NCBI GenBank assembly: GCA_035473255.1 | Contig: DATIOK010000130.1 | Span: forward strand, 1,211-65,210 | DNA: 64,000 nucleotides | Direction: 5' to 3' | Source: Gaiellales bacterium | GTDB lineage: Bacteria; Actinomycetota; Thermoleophilia; Gaiellales; JAICJC01 | In this document: positions 45,027 to 53,757 of the stretch, piece after piece | Layout of the letters: each line of letters starts with the position of its first letter | How positions within the stretch are numbered: the stretch's first letter is position 1 | The notes under the pieces: model-generated | Seen by the model: only the letters and a program-made list of their open reading frames with translations | Databases searched by the model: none | Told to the model about the DNA's origin: nothing | Made by a program: the position numbers and the translations under genes

Positions 45027-46476
45027 GATCGATTGCCGGCTCGCCGGCGGGGACAGGCTGCTCGGTCTTGACGTCCCTGGGGATGAACAGGAGCGTCGCC
45101 ACCAACCCGATCAGCGCCATCCCGGCCCCGACCAGGAAGGCCACGTGAAAGCCGTCCACGAGCGCGTTGGGGATCAACGCCAGGTTGTTCCCGTGATCGC
45201 CCAGATACGAGTCGTATCGGGTGAACGTGATCGTCGACAGCACCGCGACGCCGAGCGCGCCGCCGACCTGCTGCGAGGTGTTGATCAGGCCGGAAGCGAT
45301 GCCGGCTTCGTCGTGGGTGACCCCGATCAGCGAGGCGATCTGCACGGGCACGAACGAGAAGCCGAGCCCGATCCCGGCCAGGATGAAGCCTGGCGCCAGG
45401 TCGGTCGCGTAGGAGCCGTGCACCGACACCTGCGAGAACCAGACCAGGCCCGCCACCAGCAGCACCATGCCGGTGATCAGCACCGAGCGCACGCCGATCC
45501 TCGTCACCAACGCCTGCGAGGCGCCGGCGGCGACGATGATCACCGAGGCCACCAGCAGGTAGGCCACGCCCGCCTTCAGGGCCGAGTAGCCGAGCACCTG
45601 CTGCATGTACAGCGACAGCAGGAAGAACATCGAGAAGATGGCCGCTCCCAGCAGCAATCCGACGATATTGGCACCGGTCAGCGACTTCAGGCGGAAGATC
45701 GAGAACGGCAGGATCGGGGCCTTCGCGCGCAGCTCGACGGCGATGAAGCCGGCCAGCAGCACGGCGGCGCCGACCAGCGAGCCGACCACCCTGGACGACG
45801 TCCAGCTGTACGTATCGGTCGTGACCAGCCCATAGACCAGCAGCGTCAGCCCGGCGGTGACCAGAATGGCGCCTGCGATGTCGAGGCTGCGGTTGCCCAG
45901 CTCGACACGGCTCTCGTGCAGCACCCGCTGACCGGCCAGGATCACGATCAGGCCGATCGGCACGTTCAGGAAGAAGATCCACTCCCAGCCGACCTGGTCG
46001 GTGAGGATGCCGCCCAGCAGCACGCCCACGGCACCGCCCGTGCCGGCGATGGCGCCCCAGATGGCGAGCGCCTTGTTACGCTCCTCGCCCTCGGCGAAGG
46101 TGGTGGTGAGGATGGCCAGCGCGGCCGGTGAGATCACCGCGGCGCCGAGGCCCTGGATGGCGCGGAACACGATCAGCTGCGTGTCCGACTGAGACAGGCC
46201 GCAGGCCAGCGACGCGGCCGAGAACAGCACCAGGCCGGAAATGAACATTCGTTTTCTGCCGAGCAGGTCGGCGACGCGGCTGCCCAGCATCAGGAAGCCG
46301 CCGAAGGTCAGGGTGTACGCGCTTACCACCCACTGCAGGTTGGCGTCAGAGAAGTTGAGCGCGTTCTTGATGGTGGGAAGCGCGACGTTGACGATGGCCA
46401 CGTCGAGCACCACCATAAACTGGACTGCACACAGCAGGACCAGCGCGAGCCATTTGCGATCAGTGTCAGGACTCAT
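45019..46476 (-). CDS. MFS drug:H+ antiporter (DHA2/EmrB-QacA, 14-TMS type)
   Basis: ATG at 46476 (MSPDTDRKWLALVLLCAVQFMVVLDVAIVNVALP) is preferred over the track start at 46536. Divergent from a TetR gene. Confidence 0.88.
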   Translation of the reverse strand: MSPDTDRKWLALVLLCAVQFMVVLDVAIVNVALPTIKNALNFSDANLQWVVSAYTLTFGGFLMLGSRVADLLGRKRMFISGLVLFSAASLACGLSQSDTQLIVFRAIQGLGAAVISPAALAILTTTFAEGEERNKALAIWGAIAGTGGAVGVLLGGILTDQVGWEWIFFLNVPIGLIVILAGQRVLHESRVELGNRSLDIAGAILVTAGLTLLVYGLVTTDTYSWTSSRVVGSLVGAAVLLAGFIAVELRAKAPILPFSIFRLKSLTGANIVGLLLGAAIFSMFFLLSLYMQQVLGYSALKAGVAYLLVASVIIVAAGASQALVTRIGVRSVLITGMVLLVAGLVWFSQVSVHGSYATDLAPGFILAGIGLGFSFVPVQIASLIGVTHDEAGIASGLINTSQQVGGALGVAVLSTITFTRYDSYLGDHGNNLALIPNALVDGFHVAFLVGAGMALIGLVATLLFIPRDVKTEQPVPAGEPAIDLS

Positions 46477-46513
46477 CGAACCATCTCCAAACGTTGGAGT
46501 CGTGTTAGGATAG

Positions 46514-46534
46514 GATACAATACAGTGGTGTATC
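46514..46534. promoter_or_regulatory. candidate TetR operator palindrome
   Basis: GATACA-N9-TGTATC in the 89-bp divergent MFS/TetR intergenic region. Confidence 0.45.
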
Positions 46535-46565
46535 AAAACCTCCCGGCCGTGTCAAACTTCTAGCG

Positions 46566-47180
46566 ATGGATGCGATGTCTGATCTGACAACTGCTGAACA
46601 GCGACGCCCCCCGGGGCGGCCGCGGAACGAGGAGGCGGACCGCGAGATCATCGCCGCCACCCTGCGGCTGCTGCCCTTGCAGGGCTACGATCGGCTCTCG
46701 GTGGAGGCCGTGGCAGCCGAGGCAGACGTCACCCGCGCCACCATCTATCGGCGCTATCCCAGCAAGGCGGAGCTGGTGTGCGCCGCTCTCAGCGCATACC
46801 CGGACGACGCGAGCGTGGGCGATCTCGCCGACGTGCGGGCCTACCTGGTCACGCTGATGGCGGTGTTCCGAGCCGGGATCCAGGCCTGCGACGGGGTGGC
46901 CATCTGCAGCTCGCTGTACCTGAACCGTGAGCAGCACCCGGAGATGCTGGAGGAGTTCCGACGCGCGGTGGTGGAGCCGCGCATGGAGCGGATGCGCTCC
47001 GTGCTCGAAGCGGCCGCGGCCGCCGGCCACGTTCGCAAGGGCATCGACGTCGAGATGGTCGTGACGATGCTGTTCGGGGCCGGCATCCAGCGGGTGCTGA
47101 CGGGCGGCACGCTGGACGACGCCTGGCCCGAGCGGGTGGTAGCGGCGGCGTGGCCGCTGCTCGACCCCGCCGGCTGTTAG
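46566..47180 (+). CDS. TetR/AcrR family transcriptional regulator
   Basis: 204-aa ORF with an N-terminal HTH (REIIAATLRLLPLQGYDRLSVEAVAAEADVTRATIYRRYPSK). Confidence 0.9.
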   Translation: MDAMSDLTTAEQRRPPGRPRNEEADREIIAATLRLLPLQGYDRLSVEAVAAEADVTRATIYRRYPSKAELVCAALSAYPDDASVGDLADVRAYLVTLMAVFRAGIQACDGVAICSSLYLNREQHPEMLEEFRRAVVEPRMERMRSVLEAAAAAGHVRKGIDVEMVVTMLFGAGIQRVLTGGTLDDAWPERVVAAAWPLLDPAGC

Positions 47181-47201
47181 CTGTCCGCCGCCGTCCTGCT
47201 G

Positions 47202-47399
47202 ATGGTTGATTCCGCGGTCTCCGTGGCTATTCGCCGCCGTGGCGCTGCCCTACCAGGTCTACCGCCAGACCGGACGTCGGTGCGGTTCTCGGTTGTGTCC
47301 GGCGGGCTGATCTGCATCGCCGGCGCCGGGCTGATGCAGCTGCTGCTGCCGGCGCTGTTCCGCTACCAGCGGCCGGCCGCGCTCACGGCTTCCACTTGA
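47202..47399 (+). pseudogene. probable remnant of an EntS-like MFS transporter gene
   Basis: Two frames carry MFS-like fragments: WLFAAVALPYQVYRQTG (compare VALPYQAYQLSG in 33720..35087) and GGLICIAGAGLMQLLLPALFRY. Total length is only about 200 nt, and it begins at the 13-mer GATGGTTGATTCC. Confidence 0.35.
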
Positions 47400-47901
47400 T
47401 GCTGCAGCCGACCGGCGTCGTCTCCGGCCGTCGCAGCTCGACGCCCGACAGCACGTCGTCGAGCGCCTCACGTAGCCACAGCGCGTTGGCCGCCGGGTCC
47501 TCGTAGTCCTGGTCGGGCGCGCCCCGGTAGCGGATGCGCATCTCGCCGTCGATCACGAACACGTCGGGCGTGGTGCGCGCGCCGTAGGCGCGTGCCACCT
47601 CCTGCGCCTCGTCGTGAAGGTACGGTACCGACCAGCCCTCCTCGGCCACCCGCTCGCGCATCGCGTCGAGCGAGTCGGACGGGTAGCGCTCACCATCGTT
47701 GGGGTTCACGAACAACGTGCGGACGCCGCGGAACCCGTAGTCGTGCGCGACATCGGCCAGCCGCTCGTGCCAGGCCAGCGCGTAGGGGCAGTGGTTGCAG
47801 GTGAACACGACCACCACCGGCCCGGTGGCGGTCAGCTCCGAGAGCCGGTGCACGCGGCCGTCGGTGTCGGGCAGCGCGAAGTCGTGAGCGGTGGCGATCA
47901 C
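47383..47901 (-). CDS. thioredoxin-fold redoxin (thiol-disulfide oxidoreductase/AhpC-TSA-like)
   Basis: GTG at 47901 (VIATAHDFALPDTDG) with GTGA overlap to the upstream gene. CNHC redox motif. Confidence 0.75.
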   Translation of the reverse strand: MIATAHDFALPDTDGRVHRLSELTATGPVVVVFTCNHCPYALAWHERLADVAHDYGFRGVRTLFVNPNDGERYPSDSLDAMRERVAEEGWSVPYLHDEAQEVARAYGARTTPDVFVIDGEMRIRYRGAPDQDYEDPAANALWLREALDDVLSGVELRRPETTPVGCSIKWKP

Positions 47902-48230
47902 GCGGCCACCGCCTGTGCCAGCGCCTCGCGCAGCCGCGCGGGATCGGGAGTGGGCGACGGGCGGCCGTCGGCGCGGCGGTAGATGCGGCAGGTGAGGCCG
48001 GGCATGTCGTCGGCCGGGAAGGGGTCGACGCCCCCGATGCGGATCGTGGGCGATCCCGGGAAGCGCTCCTCCACAGCCTGCTGCTCGGTCGCCATCTCGC
48101 GCATCTCGACCGCGTCGGGATCGAGGCCAAGGTCGGTCAGCGCGGCGCGCAGGTCGGCCAGCGTGCGCTCGGTGGACGGGCAGCCCTGCCACCAGAGAAG
48201 CTCGATGCGAGGTCGCATGGCCGTCAGCAT
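47898..48230 (-). CDS. small thioredoxin-like fold protein
   Basis: 110-aa ORF with a WWQGCPST (CxxT) motif near the N-terminus and a GSPTIRIGG cis-Pro-like region. Confidence 0.6.
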   Translation of the reverse strand: MLTAMRPRIELLWWQGCPSTERTLADLRAALTDLGLDPDAVEMREMATEQQAVEERFPGSPTIRIGGVDPFPADDMPGLTCRIYRRADGRPSPTPDPARLREALAQAVAA

Positions 48231-48264
48231 AGCCGGGCCGTGCCGACTAGGATCGCTCGCTCAG

Positions 48265-50802
48265 ATGGGCTGCGATCCCCGACACGAGGTCCTGTTCGAG
48301 CCGGTCCGGATCGGGCCCAAGACGCTCCGAAACCGCTTCTACCAGGTGCCCCACTGCACCGGGTTCGGCGTTGAGAAGCCGTGGTCGCAGGCCCGGCACC
48401 GGGCGGTCAAGGCCCAGGGCGGCTGGGCCGCCGTCTGCACCGAGTACTGCACCATCAGCGCCGAGTCCGACGAGACGCCGTACGTGGCCGCGCGGATGTG
48501 GGACGACCACGACCTGCAGATGCTGGCCGTGACCGCCGAGCAGGCGCACGAGCTGGGCGCGCTGGCCGGGATCGAGCTGTCGCACACGGGCGCGCACGGC
48601 GAGAACAGCGAGTCGCGGCTGCCCGCGGCGGCGCCGTCGCAGATCGCCGGCGACTTCGCGGTGGGGGTGGTGCCGCGGGCGATGACCAGGCGCGACATCC
48701 GCCGCGTGCAGGGCGACTGGGTGACGGCGGCGCGGCGCTCGCGCACCGCCGGCTTCGACATCGTCTACGTGTACGGCGCGCACACGTACCTGCCCGGCCA
48801 GTTCCTATCGCCTCACTACAACCGCCGCACAGACGAGTACGGCGGATCGCTGGTGAACCGGGCCCGGTTCTGGCTGGAGACGCTGGAGATGGTGCGCGAG
48901 GCGGTCGGCGACGACTGCGCGGTGGCGTGCCGGGTGGCGGTCGACCGCCGCGGCGCGCTGGGCGTCGATCTCGACGAGGGCCTCGAGTTCGTGTCGCTGG
49001 CCGACCACCTGGTCGACCTCTGGGACGTGACGGTCGGATCGATCGGCGAGTGGTCGCTGGACTCCGGGCCGTCCCGCTTCTACCGCGAGGGTTGGCAGCT
49101 GGAGAGCACCGCCCGTGTGCGCGAGGCGACGCGCAAGCCGATCGTGGGCGTGGCCCGGATGACGGATCCCGACCTGATGGCGAACGTGATCCGAAGCGGC
49201 GTCTGGGACCTGATCGGCGCCGCCCGCCCATCGATCTCCGACCCGTATCTGCCCGAGAAGATCCGCCAGGGCAGGGTGGACGAGATCCGCGAGTGCATCG
49301 GCTGTAACGTCTGCATCTCGAAGGCCGACAGCCGCCGACATATCGGCTGCACCCAGAATCCGACCGCCGGCGAGGAGCACCGGCGGGGATGGCATCCGGA
49401 GCACGTGCCGCCGCTGGCGGAGCCCCTGCACGCGCTGGTGGTCGGGGCCGGGCCGAGCGGCCTGGAGTGCGCCATCACGCTGGCGCGGCGCGGCGCGCGG
49501 GTCGATCTGGTCGACCGGGGCGCGATGGTGGGCGGCTCGATGGGCTGGATCACGCGCCTGCCGGGGATGGGGGAGTGGGGCCGGCTGGTCGCGTACCGGG
49601 CGGTGCAGCTGAAGCGGCTGCCTTTGATCGAGCTGACCACCGGCCGCGAGCTGGACGCGGACGAGATCCGCGGCTGGGGTGCCGACGTGGTGGTGCTTGC
49701 CACCGGCTCGAGCTGGTCCGGCGACGGGCTCAACGGCTTCACGCGTGAGCCGATCCCGGGCGCCGACGACGCCCTGCCGCACGTGCTGACGCCGGAGCAG
49801 GTGCTGCTGGAGGGCAAGCGGCCGCCGGGCCCGCGCGTCGTGGTGTACGACGGCGACGCGTACTTCGCGGCAGCCGGGCTGGCCGAGCTGCTGGCCGGGG
49901 AGGGGCACGAGGTGGAGCTGGTGACCGGCTACGACACGATCGCGCCGTTCGCGGCCGAGACGCTGGAGGACGTGCTCACCCGCAGCCGGCTGCACGAGGC
50001 GGGGGTGGCAATGCGGGGCGCCACCACGCTGGCCGGGATCGAGCCGGGGCGCGTGGTCGCCGAGAACGAGTTCGGCGAGCCGTTCACGATCGCAGCCGAC
50101 GCTGTGGTGCTGGTCACCCAGAGGGTCTCCCGCGACCGGCTCTACCACGAGCTGGACGGCACGCTGCCGCGGGTGCACCGGATCGGAGACTGCGTCGCGC
50201 CGCGGATCCTGGCCGAGGTCGTGTTCGACGGCCACCGCATGGCGCGGGAGATCGACCAGCCGGATCCGGACGTGGCGCTGCCCTACCTGCGAGAGCGGCC
50301 GATGCAGGATCCGCCGCCGGCACCGGCCGCACCGCCGCCGACGCTGACGCTGCCGGAACGGCTGCAGCCGCGTCCGCGACGGGTGGAGCTGCTCGAGGGA
50401 GCGGCCGGCGAGGTGGCGGCCCGCATCGACCAGCTGGTGCGGGGGCAAGGCGAGGTGGTGGTGGCAGCAGGGGGTGGTGCGGGCGATGACCTGGATCCCT
50501 ACCGGCGGCTGGCGGAGCGCTACGGCGGGCGGTTTGCCGTGTCGCGGCCGCAGGTGGAGGCGGGGCGCGCAACCCGGGCCGACCTGGTCGGCGCAAGCTC
50601 GCACGCGGTCGCGCCGGACGTATATCTGGCCTTCGGCATCTCGGGTGCAATCCCGCATCTGGTGGGGATGGCCGACAGCGGAACGGTGGTTGCGATCAAC
50701 ACCGACAGATCCGCGCGGATCTTCGATTACGCCGATTTCGGCGCGCTCGTGGACGCCGAGCAGGTCGCGCGGCGGATCTGCGACGGGCCCCCTTTAGGGT
50801 GA
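48265..50802 (+). CDS. trimethylamine/dimethylamine/histamine dehydrogenase-family flavoprotein fused to an ETF-alpha C-terminal FAD-binding domain
   Basis: ATG at 48265 (MGCDPRHEVLFEPVRIGPKTLRNRFYQVPHCTG). OYE-like TIM barrel with a VPHC cysteinyl-FMN-type site, 4Fe-4S motif CIGCNVCISKx11C, and an ADP-binding VVGAGPSGLE fold. The last ~125 aa carry AVSRPQVEAG...AFGISGAIPHLVGMADSGTVVAINTD..ARIFDYADFG. Confidence 0.8.
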   Translation: MGCDPRHEVLFEPVRIGPKTLRNRFYQVPHCTGFGVEKPWSQARHRAVKAQGGWAAVCTEYCTISAESDETPYVAARMWDDHDLQMLAVTAEQAHELGALAGIELSHTGAHGENSESRLPAAAPSQIAGDFAVGVVPRAMTRRDIRRVQGDWVTAARRSRTAGFDIVYVYGAHTYLPGQFLSPHYNRRTDEYGGSLVNRARFWLETLEMVREAVGDDCAVACRVAVDRRGALGVDLDEGLEFVSLADHLVDLWDVTVGSIGEWSLDSGPSRFYREGWQLESTARVREATRKPIVGVARMTDPDLMANVIRSGVWDLIGAARPSISDPYLPEKIRQGRVDEIRECIGCNVCISKADSRRHIGCTQNPTAGEEHRRGWHPEHVPPLAEPLHALVVGAGPSGLECAITLARRGARVDLVDRGAMVGGSMGWITRLPGMGEWGRLVAYRAVQLKRLPLIELTTGRELDADEIRGWGADVVVLATGSSWSGDGLNGFTREPIPGADDALPHVLTPEQVLLEGKRPPGPRVVVYDGDAYFAAAGLAELLAGEGHEVELVTGYDTIAPFAAETLEDVLTRSRLHEAGVAMRGATTLAGIEPGRVVAENEFGEPFTIAADAVVLVTQRVSRDRLYHELDGTLPRVHRIGDCVAPRILAEVVFDGHRMAREIDQPDPDVALPYLRERPMQDPPPAPAAPPPTLTLPERLQPRPRRVELLEGAAGEVAARIDQLVRGQGEVVVAAGGGAGDDLDPYRRLAERYGGRFAVSRPQVEAGRATRADLVGASSHAVAPDVYLAFGISGAIPHLVGMADSGTVVAINTDRSARIFDYADFGALVDAEQVARRICDGPPLG

Positions 50803-51001
50803 CGCACTAGACTCGATGGTGCGCTGAAATCTGGGGTGGCGCACCGAAAGGGTGCGCGGCAGCCACGTTGCGCGGGCGAAACTGGGGTCTACTCCTGGCT
50901 TTGTTGCAGCGCTTCGCGTGACTGTTGCCGAGGTCCTCGGGTTGGAGCCCCCGGGGGCCTCGGCCCGCTTCTCCGCCCTACTGACAACAGGAGGAGCGGA
51001 A

Positions 51002-52336
51002 ATGGCCGGCGGCGACGTGGTGATTCTGGGAGGCGGGAGCACGGGCGAGGCCTGTGTCTCCGCCCTCCGCGAGCTCGAGCCCGACACGCGCATCACGCTG
51101 GTGGAGCGGGAGCTGGTCGGCGGCGAATGCTCGTACTACGCGTGCATGCCGACCAAGGGGATGCTGCGGCCGCTGGAGGCCGTCGCGGCGGCGCACAACG
51201 TGCCGGGTGCGAGGGAGGCGGTGACGGGGCCGGTCAGCGCCGATGGCGTGTTCGGGCACCGCGAGTCGATCACCAACGGCTGGGACGACTCCTCGCAGGC
51301 GAAATGGCTGACGTCCAAGCATGCGGAGCTGGTGCGGGGCGAGGCTCGCGTGCTGCGGCCGGGGGTGATCGCGGTGGGCGAGCGGGAGGTCGAGTACGGG
51401 CGGCTGGTGATTGCAACCGGGTCGCGGCCCCTGATCCCGCCGATCCCCGGCCTGGACAGCGTCGAGTACTGGACGAACCGGGAGGCCACCAGCCGGCGCG
51501 AGGTCCCGTCCAGCCTGGTCGTGCTGGGCGCCGGCCCGGTGGGATGCGAGCTGGCCCAGTTCTTCAGCCGCATGGGCGCGCGGGTGGCGATCGTGGACGC
51601 GGCCGACCGGCTGCTGCCACGCGATCACCCCGAGGCGGGTGACCTGCTGGGCGAGTTCCTCGCGGGCGAGGGCATCACCCTGCACCTGGGGAAGGGGGTG
51701 GATCGGATCGATCCGGGGGTGAAGCTGCGGCTGAAGGACGGCACGGTGGTCGAGGGTGAGCGATTGCTGGTCGCCACCGGACGGCGGCCGAACTCGGATG
51801 GCTTCGGGCTCGAGCAGCTGGGGGTGACGCTCGGCACGGGCGGAGCCGTGGAGGTGGACGAGCGCATGCGCGCGGCCGATGGAGTGTGGGCGATCGGAGA
51901 TGTGAACGCGATCGCGATGTTCACGCACGTCGGCAAGTACCAGGCTCGTGTGGCGGCGGCGGACATGGCCGGGAAGCCGGCCAAGGCCGACCACAGCGCC
52001 GTGCCGGCGGTGACGTTCACGGACCCGCAGGTGGCGTCGGTGGGTCGCACGAGCGGCGATGGGCTGGTGACCGGCGAGCGGAGGATCGACAGCGTGTCGC
52101 GCACGTCGACCTACGAGCGGCCGAAACGACCGGGGTTCCTGAAGGTGATGGCAGACCCCGAGCGAGGGGTGCTGGTGGGCGCGGTGGCCGTGGGTCCCGA
52201 GGCGGGCGAATGGCTGGGCCAGCTGACGCTGGCGGTACGCGCGCAGGTGCCGGTGGAGCTGCTGCGCGAGACGATCCAGCCCTACCCGACGTTTAGCGAA
52301 GCGGTGCAGTTCGCGGTGCGCGACCTGCCCATGTAG
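51002..52336 (+). CDS. class I pyridine nucleotide-disulfide oxidoreductase (dihydrolipoamide dehydrogenase/mercuric reductase-like)
   Basis: ATG at 51002 preceded by GGAGGAG. Motifs VVILGGGSTGE and the redox disulfide GGECSYYACMPTK, plus a C-terminal dimerisation domain. Confidence 0.85.
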   Translation: MAGGDVVILGGGSTGEACVSALRELEPDTRITLVERELVGGECSYYACMPTKGMLRPLEAVAAAHNVPGAREAVTGPVSADGVFGHRESITNGWDDSSQAKWLTSKHAELVRGEARVLRPGVIAVGEREVEYGRLVIATGSRPLIPPIPGLDSVEYWTNREATSRREVPSSLVVLGAGPVGCELAQFFSRMGARVAIVDAADRLLPRDHPEAGDLLGEFLAGEGITLHLGKGVDRIDPGVKLRLKDGTVVEGERLLVATGRRPNSDGFGLEQLGVTLGTGGAVEVDERMRAADGVWAIGDVNAIAMFTHVGKYQARVAAADMAGKPAKADHSAVPAVTFTDPQVASVGRTSGDGLVTGERRIDSVSRTSTYERPKRPGFLKVMADPERGVLVGAVAVGPEAGEWLGQLTLAVRAQVPVELLRETIQPYPTFSEAVQFAVRDLPM

Positions 52337-52367
52337 CCAGCGCCGACTTCGCAACGATCGGTCACGG

Positions 52368-52381
52368 GGTTCGCACGAACC
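52368..52381 (+). terminator. GC hairpin downstream of 51002..52336
   Basis: GGTTCG-CA-CGAACC, 32 nt after the stop and just before repeat copy B. Confidence 0.3.
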
Positions 52382-52387
52382 GCCGGC

Positions 52388-52521
52388 GAGGGCCGAAGCG
52401 GTGTTTGACTCCAATAATTGGAACTTTGGCTCAACTACGCCAAACGCGTGTCACGGCCGGCGTGACCTCGGTCAGGATCGCGTGCCGAAGTGCCACGGTC
52501 GCCGTGTCGGTGTTTGACACC
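52388..52521 (+). repeat. 134-nt intergenic repeat, copy B
   Basis: Gap-free alignment to 38996-39129. Boxes GGTGTTTGACTCC (52400-52412) and GGTGTTTGACACC (52509-52521). Located between convergent genes. Confidence 0.85.
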
Positions 52522-52545
52522 GGGTTTCGCCCTGCGCACAGCGTT

Positions 52546-53757
52546 TCAGGCGCTTCCGATCAGCTGGCGGGCAGCGCGTTCGCCGCTTCGCAGCGCGCCC
52601 TCCATGGTCGAGTACCAGTGCCGCTCGGTGTGCTCGCCGGCGAAGGCGATCCGCCCGACCGTGGCCTCCAGCCGATCGTCGAGATCCGTCGGCCGGTCCG
52701 GCTGGCGCGCGCTGTAGGCCCCGTCCGGCCAGGTCGAGAGCACCGCCGCCGCGCCGTCGAGCTCGAGGTCGGGTCGCAGCGCTGCGACCCGCTCGAGGTA
52801 CCGCTCCGGCCCGGCGTCCACCCGCAGCGCATCTACGGCCGGCTCCGACCCCGCAAACGCCGTGACCAGCGGCGCCACGGCTCCGTCGCCGTCCTTCGCC
52901 GTCCACGTCCAGAAGTGCTCCGGCACCGATAGCACCGAGCTGGCCTGCGCCTCAGCCACCAGCGGCACCGCCAGCTTGGCCGCCTGCCCGTAGACGACCC
53001 GCGCCAGCGCGTCGCCCTTCCAGGCGGGCAGCGGCGGGTCGAAGGCGATCCCGTCCGTGGCCGGCGCCGGAACCGAGACCACCACCGCGTCCACGTCGAG
53101 GTCGTCGTTGATCCGAAAGCCGTCCCCGACCTGCGCCACCCGCACCGCCGGCGTCCCCAGCTGCACCCGCAGCCCCGTCGCCAGCCGTTTCGCCACCTGA
53201 TCGTTCCCGCCCGCCACCCGCCGCGCCTCCACGTCGTCGAACAGCTCACCGACGTGGCGCACTGCGCCCGCCGCCAGCAGCGACACGGGATGGGCGTAGG
53301 AGACCTGGATCCTGCACGCGATCAGCTCGCGCGCCCCCGCATCCATCGGCACCCGCTCCAGCAGCTCCGCGACCGTCAGACCCTCGCCGGCACCGGACTC
53401 CACGGCAGCGACCAGCGCCGCCAGCCCCGCCCCCAGAGCGGCCGCACCGATGCCGATGCCTCCGCGCGGGTCGCGCTGGGTGAAGCTCATGCCCATCGGC
53501 GCCAGCTCGAGACCGAGCCGGCTCACCAGTGCCGGCAGCACCGTGTAGCCCTCCGTCACGAACTCCGCGCCCATCTCGACGATCGCACCGCCCGGCAGCC
53601 TCTGCGACCAGACCCGGCCGCCCACCCGCGGCTCTCGCTCCAGCACCGTGACCGCGACGCCCTCCCCCCGAAGCGCCGCGGCCGCTGCCAGGCCCGCGAG
53701 TCCCGCTCCGATCACGGCCACGCTGGCCACGCCGCTGTCGCCGCCGGCTGTCCTCAT
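52546..53757 (-). CDS. flavin-containing amine oxidase (monoamine/polyamine oxidase family)
   Basis: ATG at 53757 (MRTAGGDSGVASVAVIGAGLAGLAAA...LEREPRVGGR) within ORF 52546..54048. Its start overlaps the rsgA stop by 1 nt. Confidence 0.85.
   Translation of the reverse strand: MRTAGGDSGVASVAVIGAGLAGLAAAAALRGEGVAVTVLEREPRVGGRVWSQRLPGGAIVEMGAEFVTEGYTVLPALVSRLGLELAPMGMSFTQRDPRGGIGIGAAALGAGLAALVAAVESGAGEGLTVAELLERVPMDAGARELIACRIQVSYAHPVSLLAAGAVRHVGELFDDVEARRVAGGNDQVAKRLATGLRVQLGTPAVRVAQVGDGFRINDDLDVDAVVVSVPAPATDGIAFDPPLPAWKGDALARVVYGQAAKLAVPLVAEAQASSVLSVPEHFWTWTAKDGDGAVAPLVTAFAGSEPAVDALRVDAGPERYLERVAALRPDLELDGAAAVLSTWPDGAYSARQPDRPTDLDDRLEATVGRIAFAGEHTERHWYSTMEGALRSGERAARQLIGSA

Noticed and set aside
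46476-46536. Track start of the DHA2 MFS gene at 46536 (MIHHCIVSYPNTTPTFGDGS...)
   Set aside because: That extension covers the AT-richer divergent promoter and operator region containing the GATACA-N9-TGTATC palindrome. The ATG at 46476 gives a typical MFS N-terminus.
48805-50658. 617-aa minus-strand ORF
   Set aside because: It is antisense to the TMADH-like gene, which carries unambiguous FMN, Fe-S and ADP-binding motifs.
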